Part shown: positions 10,601 to 21,790 of the stretch, piece after piece | Numbering within the stretch: position 1 is the stretch's first letter | Layout: the number at the start of each line of letters is the position of its first letter | From: Hypanus sabinus | Taxonomy: Eukaryota | Length of the DNA stretch: 64,000 nucleotides | NCBI RefSeq assembly: GCF_030144855.1 | Contig: NC_082727.1 | Location: 36,952,001 to 37,016,000 of the forward strand | Direction of reading: 5' to 3' | The notes under the pieces: model-generated | Told to the model about the DNA's origin: nothing | What the model saw: only the letters and a program-made list of their open reading frames with translations | Databases searched by the model: none | Position numbers and translations under genes: made by a program

Positions 10601-12666
10601 CCCCTCAACCGTACCACTAGCTCCCGGCGGGACCTCTACCTCAGCTGGCAGGCTTTCTCGATCGTTCCCACGGTCTCTCTGGGAACTTTAATTTGAGGAA
10701 AACTTTGTCTTGTGGGTTAGGGCATATTCCTCTGTGAACCTAGCAAATTCTGAGATGGACTTATTTGGCTTCTCATTCAAATATATCCAGATATCCTCCG
10801 AAAAACAACCTTTAAATTCCTCAATCAGAATTAACTCCCTGAGACGCCAATAATCCTCCCCCACTATCTCTGCGGTGCACCAACGGTCCAAGAGCACACA
10901 CTTCTCATAGGCAAACTCGGTATACGTCTGATTCCACCCTTTCTTTAAAGTTCTGAACTTTTGTCTATCCGCTTCCGGTACTAGCACATGACTCCGAAGA
11001 ATGGCTGCCTTTACTTTGTCATAACTCTCCTCTTCTTCCTCCTCCATGGCCAACACCGTATATGCCCGCTGTGCCTTCCCTATTAACACACTTTGTAACA
11101 GCACTACCCACTGATCTCTGGGCCACTTCTGATTCACTGCTACTTTTTCAAAAAACAAGAAATAATTATCAACATCCGTCTCCTCGAACGGAGGTACTAA
11201 CCTCAACTCTCGACTAACATTGAACCGCTCCTCTCAGTCTGACCCCTGAACTCATGGATCTTGCCGTAACTTCTCCATCTTCAAGTCATGTTTCCTCTGT
11301 TTCTCTGCCTCCCCATACTCCCTCTCCTTCTCAGCTCTTTCTTTCTCTTTCTGAGCTGCTTCCAGCTGTTTTAACCGAAGTTCATGCTCTCTTTGTTTCT
11401 CAGCTCTTTCCTGCTCCTGTTTCACCTCTAACTCCTTTAACTGGAGCGCACGCTCCCTCTCTTTCTCTCTCTTGGCCCTTTCCCTCTCCTTCTCAGCTGC
11501 CTCCAGCTGCTTTAACTTAATTGCATGTTCCAACTTTAATTTCTCCAACTCTAACTGAGCCGTCCCACCAGCTGGTGCCTCTTCAGGGATATTTTCCAAT
11601 ACTTCAGCTGCAAACACATTCTTCCCAATATAATACTGAGTTATTGCCCTTCGCACCTCCCGCTTTTTCATTGACAACCTCACCTCTACGAGGTTTAACC
11701 CCTTTGCCAAACTTATCAAGTCTGATTTAGTGGCCGCCTCCAGCACCTCCAGAGTCGGGTTTTCTATAAATTCACCCACATCCATCTTTGCTGGTTTCCC
11801 GTCTGGCTACCCGCATAACCAGATGCAAGTTTTGGACTTACAAACCCGATTCACTGGCCTCCCAATTTGGTGTCAAATCCCGAGATGAGAACTCCACTTT
11901 TGTTACAAAACCCCCTAACTGGGTCACTTACCAGCAAAGATAGAGAGGATTGTTGAAGTCTGATGGTACTATTTTTAACAGTATTTATTGATAAAGGGGC
12001 ACAAATGCAAACATACAGATAATATACGTCGTCAATACTAAATCTAAAAGCGCGGGTATAATAATAATCAATAAGAAATAGCTCTGTCGTTGTCTAGGGG
12101 ATAATGTGTTGTCCAATGGAAATATAAAAGTCACTGTAGTTCGTTCAAGCTGCAGCGTTTTTGGGTTTTAGAGAGAGACGGGTTAAACTTGCCCACATCA
12201 TTTATGATGCCAATCCTTTGAGTCGTGGGGAGTTGGTTTCCCCGTTGTTAGCAAAAATCTGTTTTCTGTGGTACAAGCCACCAGTTCCGAGGCAAATGGA
12301 ACCAAATGCACGTGGCCTCCTTCCAATGGCTTCCGCTATTACGGGATCAATAGCGTTTCTTCTGGTGCGTATGAGGGGCTGTTCCCACAGACCCTCTTTT
12401 ATCCTGACTCACAGGGTCTCAGATGTCAATCAGGTTGGGGGTGATGCAATCCCTCCCTCAACCAGCCCACTTTGCCTGAGGGCATCCACAGAGCACGGTA
12501 TTTCAATCCACAAGTTTGTCTTCAAGAGACAATGGCCGTGTCCCATAGCTTTATATCGCCGGGGAGCGAGACATTCCGCACGTCTCTCTCTCATTTCCTG
12601 GGTCTCCTGACCCAACCCAATAGTGATCTTGTGATTCTCACAAAGGAGAGGGCTGCAGGCATAACT
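7675..12666 (-). mobile_element. Gypsy LTR retroelement family 1 (Gmr1-like), gag plus protease only, non-autonomous
   Basis: LTRs at 7675-8453 and 11901-12666 (TGTTA...AACA/AACT); GCAT flanks both ends (TSD); PPT just inside the 3' LTR; degenerate tRNA-Pro-like PBS TGGAGTTCTCATCTCGGGAT; empty site in the other duplicon at 32150-32153. Confidence 0.92.
9218..11785 (-). pseudogene. Gag (coiled coil, SCAN-like capsid, CCHC knuckle) plus aspartic protease of Gypsy family 1, broken by stops
   Basis: ORFs 11252-11785, 10688-11206 (LVPPFEE..FEKVA..WP..LRELILIEEFK) and 9218-10570 (CFNCGKRVHIASWC, RDTGAELSLI) are collinear; no RT, RNase H or integrase motifs. Confidence 0.8.
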
Positions 12667-14074
12667 GCATCAACAATGGGGATGGGAGATGTTCCCGGGG
12701 AGTAAAGGGTTACAGATTTTGTTCCCTTACTCAAGAGAGGGAGTAGAGATAGCCCAGGAAATTATAGACCAGTGAGACTTACTTCTGTGGTTAGTAAGTT
12801 GATGGAGAAGATCCTGAGAGTCAGGATTTATATAAAGTCTGATTAGGAATAGTCAGCATGGCTTTGGCAAGAGCAGGTTGTGCTTTACAAGCCTGAATGA
12901 ATATTTTGAGGAAGTGACTATATACATTGATGATGGTAGAGCAGTGGATGTAGTATATGGATACTATATAGAATATATAGTATAGTATATGGATTTCAGC
13001 AAGGAATTTGACATTTGAGAAAGTAAGGAGGCATGGGATCCAAGGGGACATTGCTTTGTGGATCCATAACTGGCTTGCCCACAGAAGGCAAAGAGTGGTT
13101 GTAGATGGGTCATATTCTGCATGGAGGTCAGTCGCCAGTGGTGTATCTCAGGGCTCTGTTCTCGGACCCTTCGTGATTTTTATAAATGAGATGGATGACG
13201 AAGTGCAGGGATGTGTTAGTAAGTTTGCTGATGACACTAATGTTGGAGGTGTTGTGGATAGTGTGAAGGATGTGGAATCTATAGAAGAGGTGCAGAGGAG
13301 ATTTACAGGGATGTTACCTAGATTGGGGAGCACGGCTTATGAGAATAGGTTGAGTGAACTCAGTCTTTTCACCTTGGAGTGACAGAGGAGAGCTGACCTG
13401 ATAGAGGATTATATGATGATGAGAGGCATTGATCATTTGGATAGTCAGAGGCTTTTCCCCAGAGCTGAAATGGCTGACGTGAGAGGGCACAGTTGTAAGG
13501 TGTTTGGAAGTAGGTACAGAGGAGATGTCAGGGTTAAGTTCTTTATACAGAGAGTGGTTAGTGTGTGGAATGGTCTGTGGGAAAAAAATGGTGGAGGCAG
13601 AGATTCCTGGACAGGTACATGGAGCTTAGAAAAATAGAGAGCTATGGGTACCCCGAAGTGATTTTTAAAGTAAGTAAATGTATGGCACAGCAATGTGGGC
13701 CGAAGGGCCTGTATTTTGCTGTAAGCTTTCTATGTTTCTGTGCCAATGAACTCATAACAGAACAAGAAGATGGAAGGGTATAGTGCAAGGATCATGCCTT
13801 TGACCTGACCTGGTGCTATACTGATAGCCAAAAGGCAACCATGAGCTCGGCTGCTGATAGGTAATAATCCTGTAAGTAAGAGATGGAAATCAGATATGGT
13901 TATAGATTAAGTGAGCTATTGTCCCATAAAATTTTCAGGGGTGGGGAAGAATGAGAAGGAAGATGCAGAAAAGAGAAAAGAGAGCATATGACCACCAGCT
14001 CAGGATCAATCATCTGAAATTCCAAAGGGAGAACGTGTCGTCGCCAATTAACTGGACACTTGTTTCTCAGTCAC

Positions 14075-14350
14075 CACGGTTGCACAGTGGTTAGCACAGC
14101 TGGGGCATCGGAGTTCAGAGTTTCATTCTGATTCCGTGTATAAGCAGTTTTTCCATTCCTCCTCGTGAATACACGAGTTTCCTCCGGATGCTCCGATTTT
14201 ACTCCCTCATTACAAAGTCAAACCTGTCAGCAGGCTGATTTGTCATTGTAAACTGTCCTGATATTACACTAGGGTTATATAGGTGTGTTGTTGGGTGGTG
14301 AGTCTCATTGTCCCTGTAGGGGCTGTTCCATGCTGTATGTCTAAATAAAA
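14075..14350 (+). repeat. tRNA-derived SINE-like element
   Basis: Head with A-box-like gcacagtggttagc and an A-rich tail taaataaaa; paralogue at ~33585-33862, relative at ~47555-47790. Confidence 0.5.
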
Positions 14351-14479
14351 TATAATTAAACTTCATTTACTTGTGCACAAGGAGAAGAGCGTGTCTCCTG
14401 TCACCACACTGTTCTGAAGTCTGAACAGAGGAATATCTTTTTTTAGACAGAATTGACTAGCAGGTACAGATGTTGACCC

Positions 14480-14905
14480 TGGTGGCAAAACGTTTTAATC
14501 CCACTCTCATTCTGACATCTCAGTCCATGTTCTCCTCTTGAGGTCACCCTCAGGATGGAGGAGCAACACCTTACATTCCGTCTGGGCAGCCTCCAATCTG
14601 ATTACATGCCTATCAATTTCTCCTACTGGGGTGAAAAAATTCCCACCCCTTTCCCTCTTCTACTCTTACCCACTCTGGCCTCTTACCTCTTCTCACCTCT
14701 CCATCAATTCCCTCTGGGTCCCTTCCTCCTCCCTTTTCTCCTCTGGTCCTCTCTCCTATCTGATCGGGTTCCTTCCTCTCTAGCCCTTTATCTTTCCGAC
14801 CCTCCTGGATTCACTGACCACCTTCTAACTGTTCCCCTTCCACATCCCCACCTTTTTTTTAATCTGGCGTCTTCCCCCTTTCCTCATCAGACATGAAGAA
14901 GGGTG
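14480..14905 (+). mobile_element. Penelope-like element 3' fragment
   Basis: EEQHLTFRLGSLQ motif (end of the GIY-YIG ORF) followed by a C/T-rich tail; paralogue at 33990-34412. Confidence 0.65.
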
Positions 14906-15278
14906 CATCACCCGTGTATCACTGGTCTTCTCATGGGTGACTAGTCGCCACACTCTTTGAGAAAATCAAATTACTCTCGGTGCCACTGAGCTGTCAGAGG
15001 AATCCAGGTGTCCAAAGGAGGCAGTGAATAGAAGCCACACACGTTTGGAAATAAGGTTTTGTTTCTAAGACAAAAACTATTTGTACAAAATATTTGCACG
15101 AGCAAGAACAATTCAAAATTTCAATATTTTGTTTACGTTGCAAATCTTAGATGCCAAATAGATCGAATTCCTTTTTAATTAAAATCAGTGAGATTCCTTT
15201 ATTACTCCAATCTCTCTCTCTCATTAGATCAACTGTTATTCCCTATTTACAAGCTTACAGACTAAACTTTCCTTTTTA

Positions 15279-16186
15279 AACCTCGGATCAACTACAACGC
15301 AGAGTCTTGTCATCTTCAGAAGTTTTCTGATGACTCTGCCATAGTTGGATTCATCAGCAAGGGAGATGAGGTTGAGTACAGGGCTACGGTGGGAAACTTT
15401 GTCACATGGTGCGAGCAGAATCATCTGCAGCTTAATGTGAAAAAGACTAAGGAGCTGGTGGTGGACCTGAGGAGGGCTAAGGCACCGGTGACCCCTGTTT
15501 CCATCCAAGGGGTCAGTGTGGACATGGTGGAGGTTTACAGATACCTGGGGATACGAGTGGACAATAAACTGGACTGGTCAAAGAACACTGAAGCTGTCTA
15601 CAAGAATGGTCAGAGCCATCGTTATTTCCTGAGGAGACTGAGGTTGTTTAACATCTGCCGGAGAATGCTGAAGATGTTCTACGAGGCTGTGGTGGCCAGT
15701 GCTATCATGTTTGCTGTTGTGTGCTGTGGCAGCAGGCTGAGGGTAGCAGACAGCAACAGAATCAACAAACTCATTCATAAGGCCAGTGATGTTGTGGGGG
15801 TGGAACTGGACGCTCAGATGGTGGTGTCTGAAAAGAGGATGCTGTCCAAGTTGAATGCCATCTTGGACAACGACTCCCATCCACTTCATAATCTACTGGT
15901 TAGGCACAGGAGTACATTCGGCCAGAGTCTCATTCCACTGAGATGTAACATTGAGCGTCATAGGAAGTCATTCCTACCTGTGGCCATCAAACTTTACAAC
16001 TCCTCCCTCGGAGTGTCAGACACCCTGAGCCAATAGGCTGGTCCTGGACTTATTTTTTCCACTTGGCATGATTAACTTATTATTATTTATGGTTTTATAT
16101 CGCAATATTTCTTCACTATTCATGGTGGTACGGCTGTAACGAAACCCAATTTCCTTCAGGATCAATAAAGTATGTCTGTCTGTCTG
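15279..16186 (+). mobile_element. 5'-truncated Rex1/Babar-type LINE (RT C-terminus), present only in duplicon A
   Basis: LQKFSDDSAIVG..WCEQNHLQLNVKKTKELVVD..YLG..LDWSKNT; AATAAA plus (TCTG)n tail; empty site ctttttacttatcc at ~34778-34791 in duplicon B. Confidence 0.85.
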
Positions 16187-17204
16187 TTACCTATCCCTAG
16201 TTAACTAGAATACCAAATTTAATTCCTTTTCTCAAGTATTATAGTGAACTCCAGTTTCAGTTCCAGGCAGTATATCTACAAGTTTAAATTCAAATTCAAA
16301 AATTACATATACACAGTTTAACTCCTTTCATGACATCATAGCTTTCAAACAAAGTAAATCTCATTCTGTAACTCATCATAGTCTTTGCAATAATAATCAG
16401 TTCTTGCAGTTAATCAAGTGCGGATTCTTCAAATGAGAATAAACTTATACATCCAACCCTTCTCCCTAAGATGTTCATTCATCTCATTCTGATTCAATTT
16501 CCAAAAGTTATGCAGAACGCGATCTCTGTGGAAAGCATAAAGTGGAGGTGAGGGAAAAATTTGCTATTGGGATCGCACAGGAGATGGCAGAAGTTCCATA
16601 GAATTATGTACCGGATGTGGAGGCTGGTCAGATGGTAGGTGAGGACAAGAGGAACCCTATCTCTGGTAGGGTGGCAAGAGGGCAGAAGGACATCTCCTTC
16701 ATTCCTTCATTCTACAACGAAATGCCTCAGCCTGAGAGCAGAATCGGTGGAGACGGAGGAACTGAGAGAAGGAGAGGCATTTTTACAAGTAATACAATCA
16801 AATGAGTTATAATCCAGGTAGCTGTGAGAGTCTGAAGGTTTATTATAGACTTCAGTAGATAAACTGTCTCCAGAGACAGAGACCGTGAGATTGAGAAAGA
16901 CAAAGGAGATATCCGATTTATTTTAGATATCAGTAGATTATCTATCTCAAATTTGGATGGTTTGACCCTACATTGTGGACTGCATGATCCATTTCCTAAG
17001 TAAACTAGAAAAAATTTTTGCAATCCAAGTAGAAGACATAGGAGCCTGCATATTGAGCCTGCATCACTATCCAATCATGGCCAATTCATTGTCCCACTCA
17101 ACCCCATTCTCCGACCTTCTGCCCATAACATTTGACATCTTCATAATGAAGTGCCTATCATCCTCAGCTTTATATATACACAGTGACTTGGCCCCCATGG
17201 CCAT

Positions 17205-17765
17205 CTGTGATGCAGCCTGTCAGAATGCTCCTATGGTACATCTATAACAGTTTTGAGTGTATTTATTGACATGCCGAATCTCTCAAACTCTTAATGAAGT
17301 ATAGTTGCTGTCTTGCCTTCTTTATATGTTGGGACCAGGTTAGGTCCTCAGAGATATTTGACACCCAGGAACTTGAACCTGCTCACTCTCTCCACTTCTG
17401 ATCCCTCTATGAGGATTGGCATGTGTTCCTTTATCTCATTCTTCCTGAAGTCTATAATCAGCTCTTTCAGCTTACTAACGTTGAGGCAAAGTTGTTACTG
17501 TGACACCACTCCCTAGTTGGCATATCTCCTCCATCTGAGATTCTACCAACAATGGTTTAATCAACAGCAAATTTATTGATGGTGTTTGAGCAATGCTTAG
17601 CCCTACAGTCATGGGTATAGAGAGAATAGAGCAGTGGGTTAAGCACACATGCCTGAGGTGCCCCAGTGTTGATCATTAGTGAGGAGGAGATATTATCACC
17701 AATCTATGCAGATTGTGGTCTTCCGGATAAGAAGTTGTGGATCCATTTGCAGAATGAAGTAAGAG
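17205..17765 (-). mobile_element. Degraded Rex1-like LINE RT fragment
   Basis: Paralogue of 39390-39950, which reads TGAPQVCVLNPLLY, KFADDTTIVG, FKFLGVKISEDLTW. Confidence 0.7.
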
Positions 17766-17819
17766 AGGGAAAAGGGAATGGGAAATGGAGAAAGAGGTGG
17801 TGGGGGAGTGATGTGGGGC

Positions 17820-18445
17820 ATTACCAGATATCAGAAATATGAAAAGTTGATTTTCACATCATCAGGTTGGAGGTTACCCAAACGGAATATAGGGTGACTT
17901 TATGACGACAGTGGAGAAGGCCATGGATGAACATATGGGAAGTGGAACGGAAGGGGCTGGCCACTGGGAGATCCCACATGTTTGGTCAGACAGAGTGTAG
18001 GTGCTCGGTGAAACAGTCTCCCGATCTATGTCTGGACTCACCGATGTACAGGAGGCCGCACTGGGAGCACCGAACACAGTAAACAACTTCAGCAGACTCT
18101 CAGGTGAAGTGTCGGCTCACTTGGAAGGACTGTTTAGGGTCTTGAATGTCAGTGAGTGAGGAGGTGTAGGGGCAGGGGTAACACTTGTTCAGCTTATAAG
18201 GATGAATTCCAGAAGGCAGATCAGTGGGGAGGGACGAATAGACAAGGGAGTAGCGTCGGGAAAATCCCTGTGGAAAACAGAAGGTGTGGGCAGGGAAATA
18301 TCTGCTAGGTGGTGGGAACCGTTGGAGGTGGCGAAAGTTTTGAAGAATTATGTGCTGGACATGAAGGCTGGTTGGCTGGTAGGTGAGGACAAGAGGAACC
18401 CTATCTCTGGTGGGGTGATGGAACGACGGGGTAAGAGTAGATGTG
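17820..18445 (-). mobile_element. Penelope-like element fragment
   Basis: RDRVPLVLTY..HIILQNFRHLQ and CYPCPYTSS..SFQVSRHFT motifs; paralogue at 40010-40640. Confidence 0.75.
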
Positions 18446-19694
18446 CTGCTTGACCTCACAAACAAGTCTCCGGATCCAGAAGGTTCTGCATCAGCACACA
18501 CTGTAGTCCCTGGTCCCCAAAGGCAACAAAACTAAGCAGTACTGTGCCATTGTGCATGCATGCAGTGGAATGTTATGTGTAGAGTTATTTGAGGACAAGT
18601 ATAATTTATTCCAGGGTAAATATATTTAATTTCATAACTTTGACAAATATTGTGCTATGCAATGGAATTTCTAGGCTCATGAACGATAGAGACAAGCCAT
18701 TTTTTTTCAGAACTGCTCATTGTCGCACATTAGTTACACTCATGAGGTCACTGTAGGCCTTACTGCACTGTGTTGAGGTACTATGGACTGACTCTGTCAC
18801 TTCACTACACCGTCCTCTAGGGGTCGCTACACTACCCTCTGGGGTGATGGGGTGTGTGGGGTTTAGTGTAGAACAACCTTGTTCATCCAGTCCAGATTTT
18901 AAAGTAGAGATTTCCAAGAAACCAGGGGCTTTTGCTGACTGAGAACATCACTGCTACCAATGTCTCTGTCTTCCTTCCACAGAACTCCGGGAAGGGGAAA
19001 AGCAGGGAAACACAAATAGTTAAAAGACAATCTGAGATGCTGCCAGGTATGAAGAGTGGACAGATAGAAGATCAGCCAATCAGGTTGGGTCTGATGGGCC
19101 AAGTTATTTATTACTGTTGCAATCACAGCATGCTTTTGTACGGTAATGGGATACTGGGAGCTCTGTATCAGCCTGCATTGAAAGTAAAGCAGAGTTATTA
19201 TTTCAGGCCAATAAGCTTTCAGTGCAAACAATTATCTCCCAGTTAAACAGATTACAGCCCAGTCACTTAGTTCAACAACTTCAGACAAAAATGCATATCC
19301 AGTACTGTCTGTTGTTATTGAGACATCGAGTGTCTGCAACACTTTCTGGACCATTTTGGATGCTCAGCAGTTTCACGATTGGTGAGAGGGAGATGTCAGA
19401 CAATCTCAGTGTCACACAGTCAAAAGTAGGCATTTGGTCCATCATTGCTGCCACGTGATTGGCTGATCGGATATTGACATCAACGAGCAGGTGTTCAGGT
19501 GTACAACTGGACACAGAGGTAATAATTCAAATATGAAATAAAAGTAACTTCCATTTCGGGTCAATATATGTACACATTAAAATTTATTCATGTGTTTAAA
19601 GTTTGGTGGACTCCTAGCTCTGTTACAGGTAATGACGTGAAGAAAAATGATCATGTATGAAGTGACCAATTTCATGAACTTTCTTCACTTGCAG

Positions 19695-20122
19695 AGACAC
19701 ACAAAGAGATTTGTTGAAAGAGAAGCTCGATCAGCTTCACTGTCACTTCACGTGGGGCCCTCAGAAGGGAACCATTGACTTGGAAGATGTGATGTACATA
19801 TTGCAAGATGCTAGAAATCTCAGTGTGAAACATCAAGCCATGTGTCACAACCCAACTCACTTTAGTAAATTGACTGCCGGGAAACAATAAACAAGCCATT
19901 CAGAACTTCAATGAAACTCTCACTATCCTGCATTTTGCCAGAAAGCAAAGTTGTTTAATCAATGAAAATATCGCTTTGGAAAGGCATTTGAGCAATGTCC
20001 AATATCAGGTATTGAACGCAACTGGATTTAGCAGTTATAAGTGTAAGAAATGGAGAGTATTCCAAAGTGAAAGAGATGTACGGTAATTTTTTGAAATTAG
20101 ATGATATTCATCCAGTAAATCT
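19695..20122 (+). pseudogene. IFIT: IFIT pseudogene (duplicon-A paralogue of IFIT-C)
   Basis: Acceptor cacttgcag then RDLLKEKLDQLHCHFTWGPQKGTIDLED; frameshifts and stops; ~700-bp internal deletion near 19910; truncated at ~20122; core promoter motifs and exon 1 deleted. Confidence 0.9.
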
Positions 20123-20617
20123 TTCCTAAATGTTCAATAAAGCTGAAATTTGTAAATATACTTTCTTTACAATATACACAGTGTACGATCTGTTATTTCT
20201 TGCCGAAGGCTATGTGCATGGGGACAGTATTTACACAGTATTCACTCAGATTGGGGTCCGGGTGGTCGATACATCCTGGCTCATTTTCCACATGGAAATG
20301 CAGAATGAAGGCCTGAGCTCAACCCACCAGGAAGTTTTAGTTTTAGGGACTATTCCACCAGATGAACTATAGGGATCGAACTCTTCCACCAGAGATAAAT
20401 CAGAGGAGGAGGAAGAGAGGCCATTAAGTGGCTGTAGTGGATGTAGCTGCTATGAAGACACAGTGGACATGCTTTCTGTGCCAGCAAATAGGGCACCTGG
20501 CAAGGGAGTGCCAATTAGACATAGATTGGTAAAGGTGATGTCACAGTATGTTACAGCTATGGCCTACCAGGGCACTGTTAGATAATGTGTCCGACCAAAC
20601 AGAGAAAAGTGTGAAAA

Positions 20618-20983
20618 TCACCCACCAAAACAGGTAGGAATGACAACAGAGCTTGCTCTGTCTGACCAGATTATTAAGTTGGGGAAGTCAGCATCCAGGT
20701 CAGACAAACAGCTGGTGGCTTGCTTGGCAGATTTGAGCATTTTGCCAGAAATCTCAACATCATAGCAGTCTATGTGAATGAATATGTTAATATTGCAAGA
20801 TATCAGATTGACAAGTGTTTTGTGAGACAGCTGACTTCTGAATTCTTTCTTAATGTGACGCACCATGCTGAATTCCCTTTCTACATCACAATTAGAATTT
20901 GGCAGCACCAAAAACAGCTTCATCAACTGGCAGGGCTCTTTGAATCCCAACTGCCCTGTGCTCACAGATTTTACTCTGGACAA
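20618..20983 (-). mobile_element. hAT transposase C-terminal dimerisation-domain fragment
   Basis: LFLVLPNSNCDVEREFSMV..IK..FRSQL matches the hAT motif P.S...ER.FS.....K...R..L. Confidence 0.7.
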
Positions 20984-21595
20984 TGAAAAAGAGAGAGAAG
21001 TCGATTGTTAAGCCCACCCACATAAATAAATTTCTGGGATATTGTATATGATTTGCAGGGATCAGGGAACGGCTATCAATATGCAGGAGACTCTCGGTAC
21101 TTCTGGCAGAGGTGGAATATCTGACTGTATATGATTAAAGGAATTATATTTATGAATTTTAACTGAAGACTTAGGAAAGAAGAAACAAAAGTAAGAACAA
21201 GAATAACAAAAAGAAAAGAGCCCATTCTAATGAAAGTCAAATGTGCACAAGTTGGAGCTCATCTTGAACTTCTCTGCTGAGAACACGCGCTGGGCTTCGA
21301 TCAGCGTAAAAGCCCACACCACCCTTCAAACGTCGGTCACGATCTATCTCGAGCAAACGAGTCTACCACTGGATCGTATGCTGTGCCCAGATCTCCTCAG
21401 CATCTTCTCTCTCCATCTCCCACCGAACACAAGCCCAAAACCAACCTTATTGTCCCTCACCAAGAAAACCTCCCACTAATTGGATGGCACACATTCCACA
21501 ACATCACTTATCTTCATCAATAACCCAAACAGACTGAAAGCAGAACAAACTGCTCTTACAGAACTGATAAATGAAATACCTACAGCATAACAGTA

Positions 21596-21790
21596 TACAA
21601 GGGATGATGATAAGTTTGTGTCCTAAGTAAGAAGGAATCAATTTTAGAAAACCTAGCACATTCATTTTTCACCATAGGCCCCTCCTACATTTACACACTT
21701 AGTCCAACGGTTGTGGAATATAAGTATCCCTTCTTTGTAGAGTTCCTAAAAGCTGTGAGTCCCAGTCCCGTCAATGCTGATTAAAATTCA
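21596..21790. mobile_element. Mariner-like DNA transposon end fragment
   Basis: TA followed by caagggatgatgataagtttgtg, resembling a mariner TIR, then tacacacttagtccaacgg. Confidence 0.4.

Larger units (their letters stand above)
6648..13740 (+). mobile_element. Degraded CR1 LINE (endonuclease and RT fragments), interrupted by the Gypsy element at 7675-12666
   Basis: VFYRPP, HFGDSDHNSI, WIHNWL..RRQRVVV, GVSQGSVLGP, SKFADDT; uninterrupted paralogous copy at 31488-33250. Confidence 0.88.

Noticed and set aside
11252-11785. Trichohyalin-like coiled-coil host gene
   Set aside because: Lies between LTRs directly after the PBS; it is the gag N-terminus.
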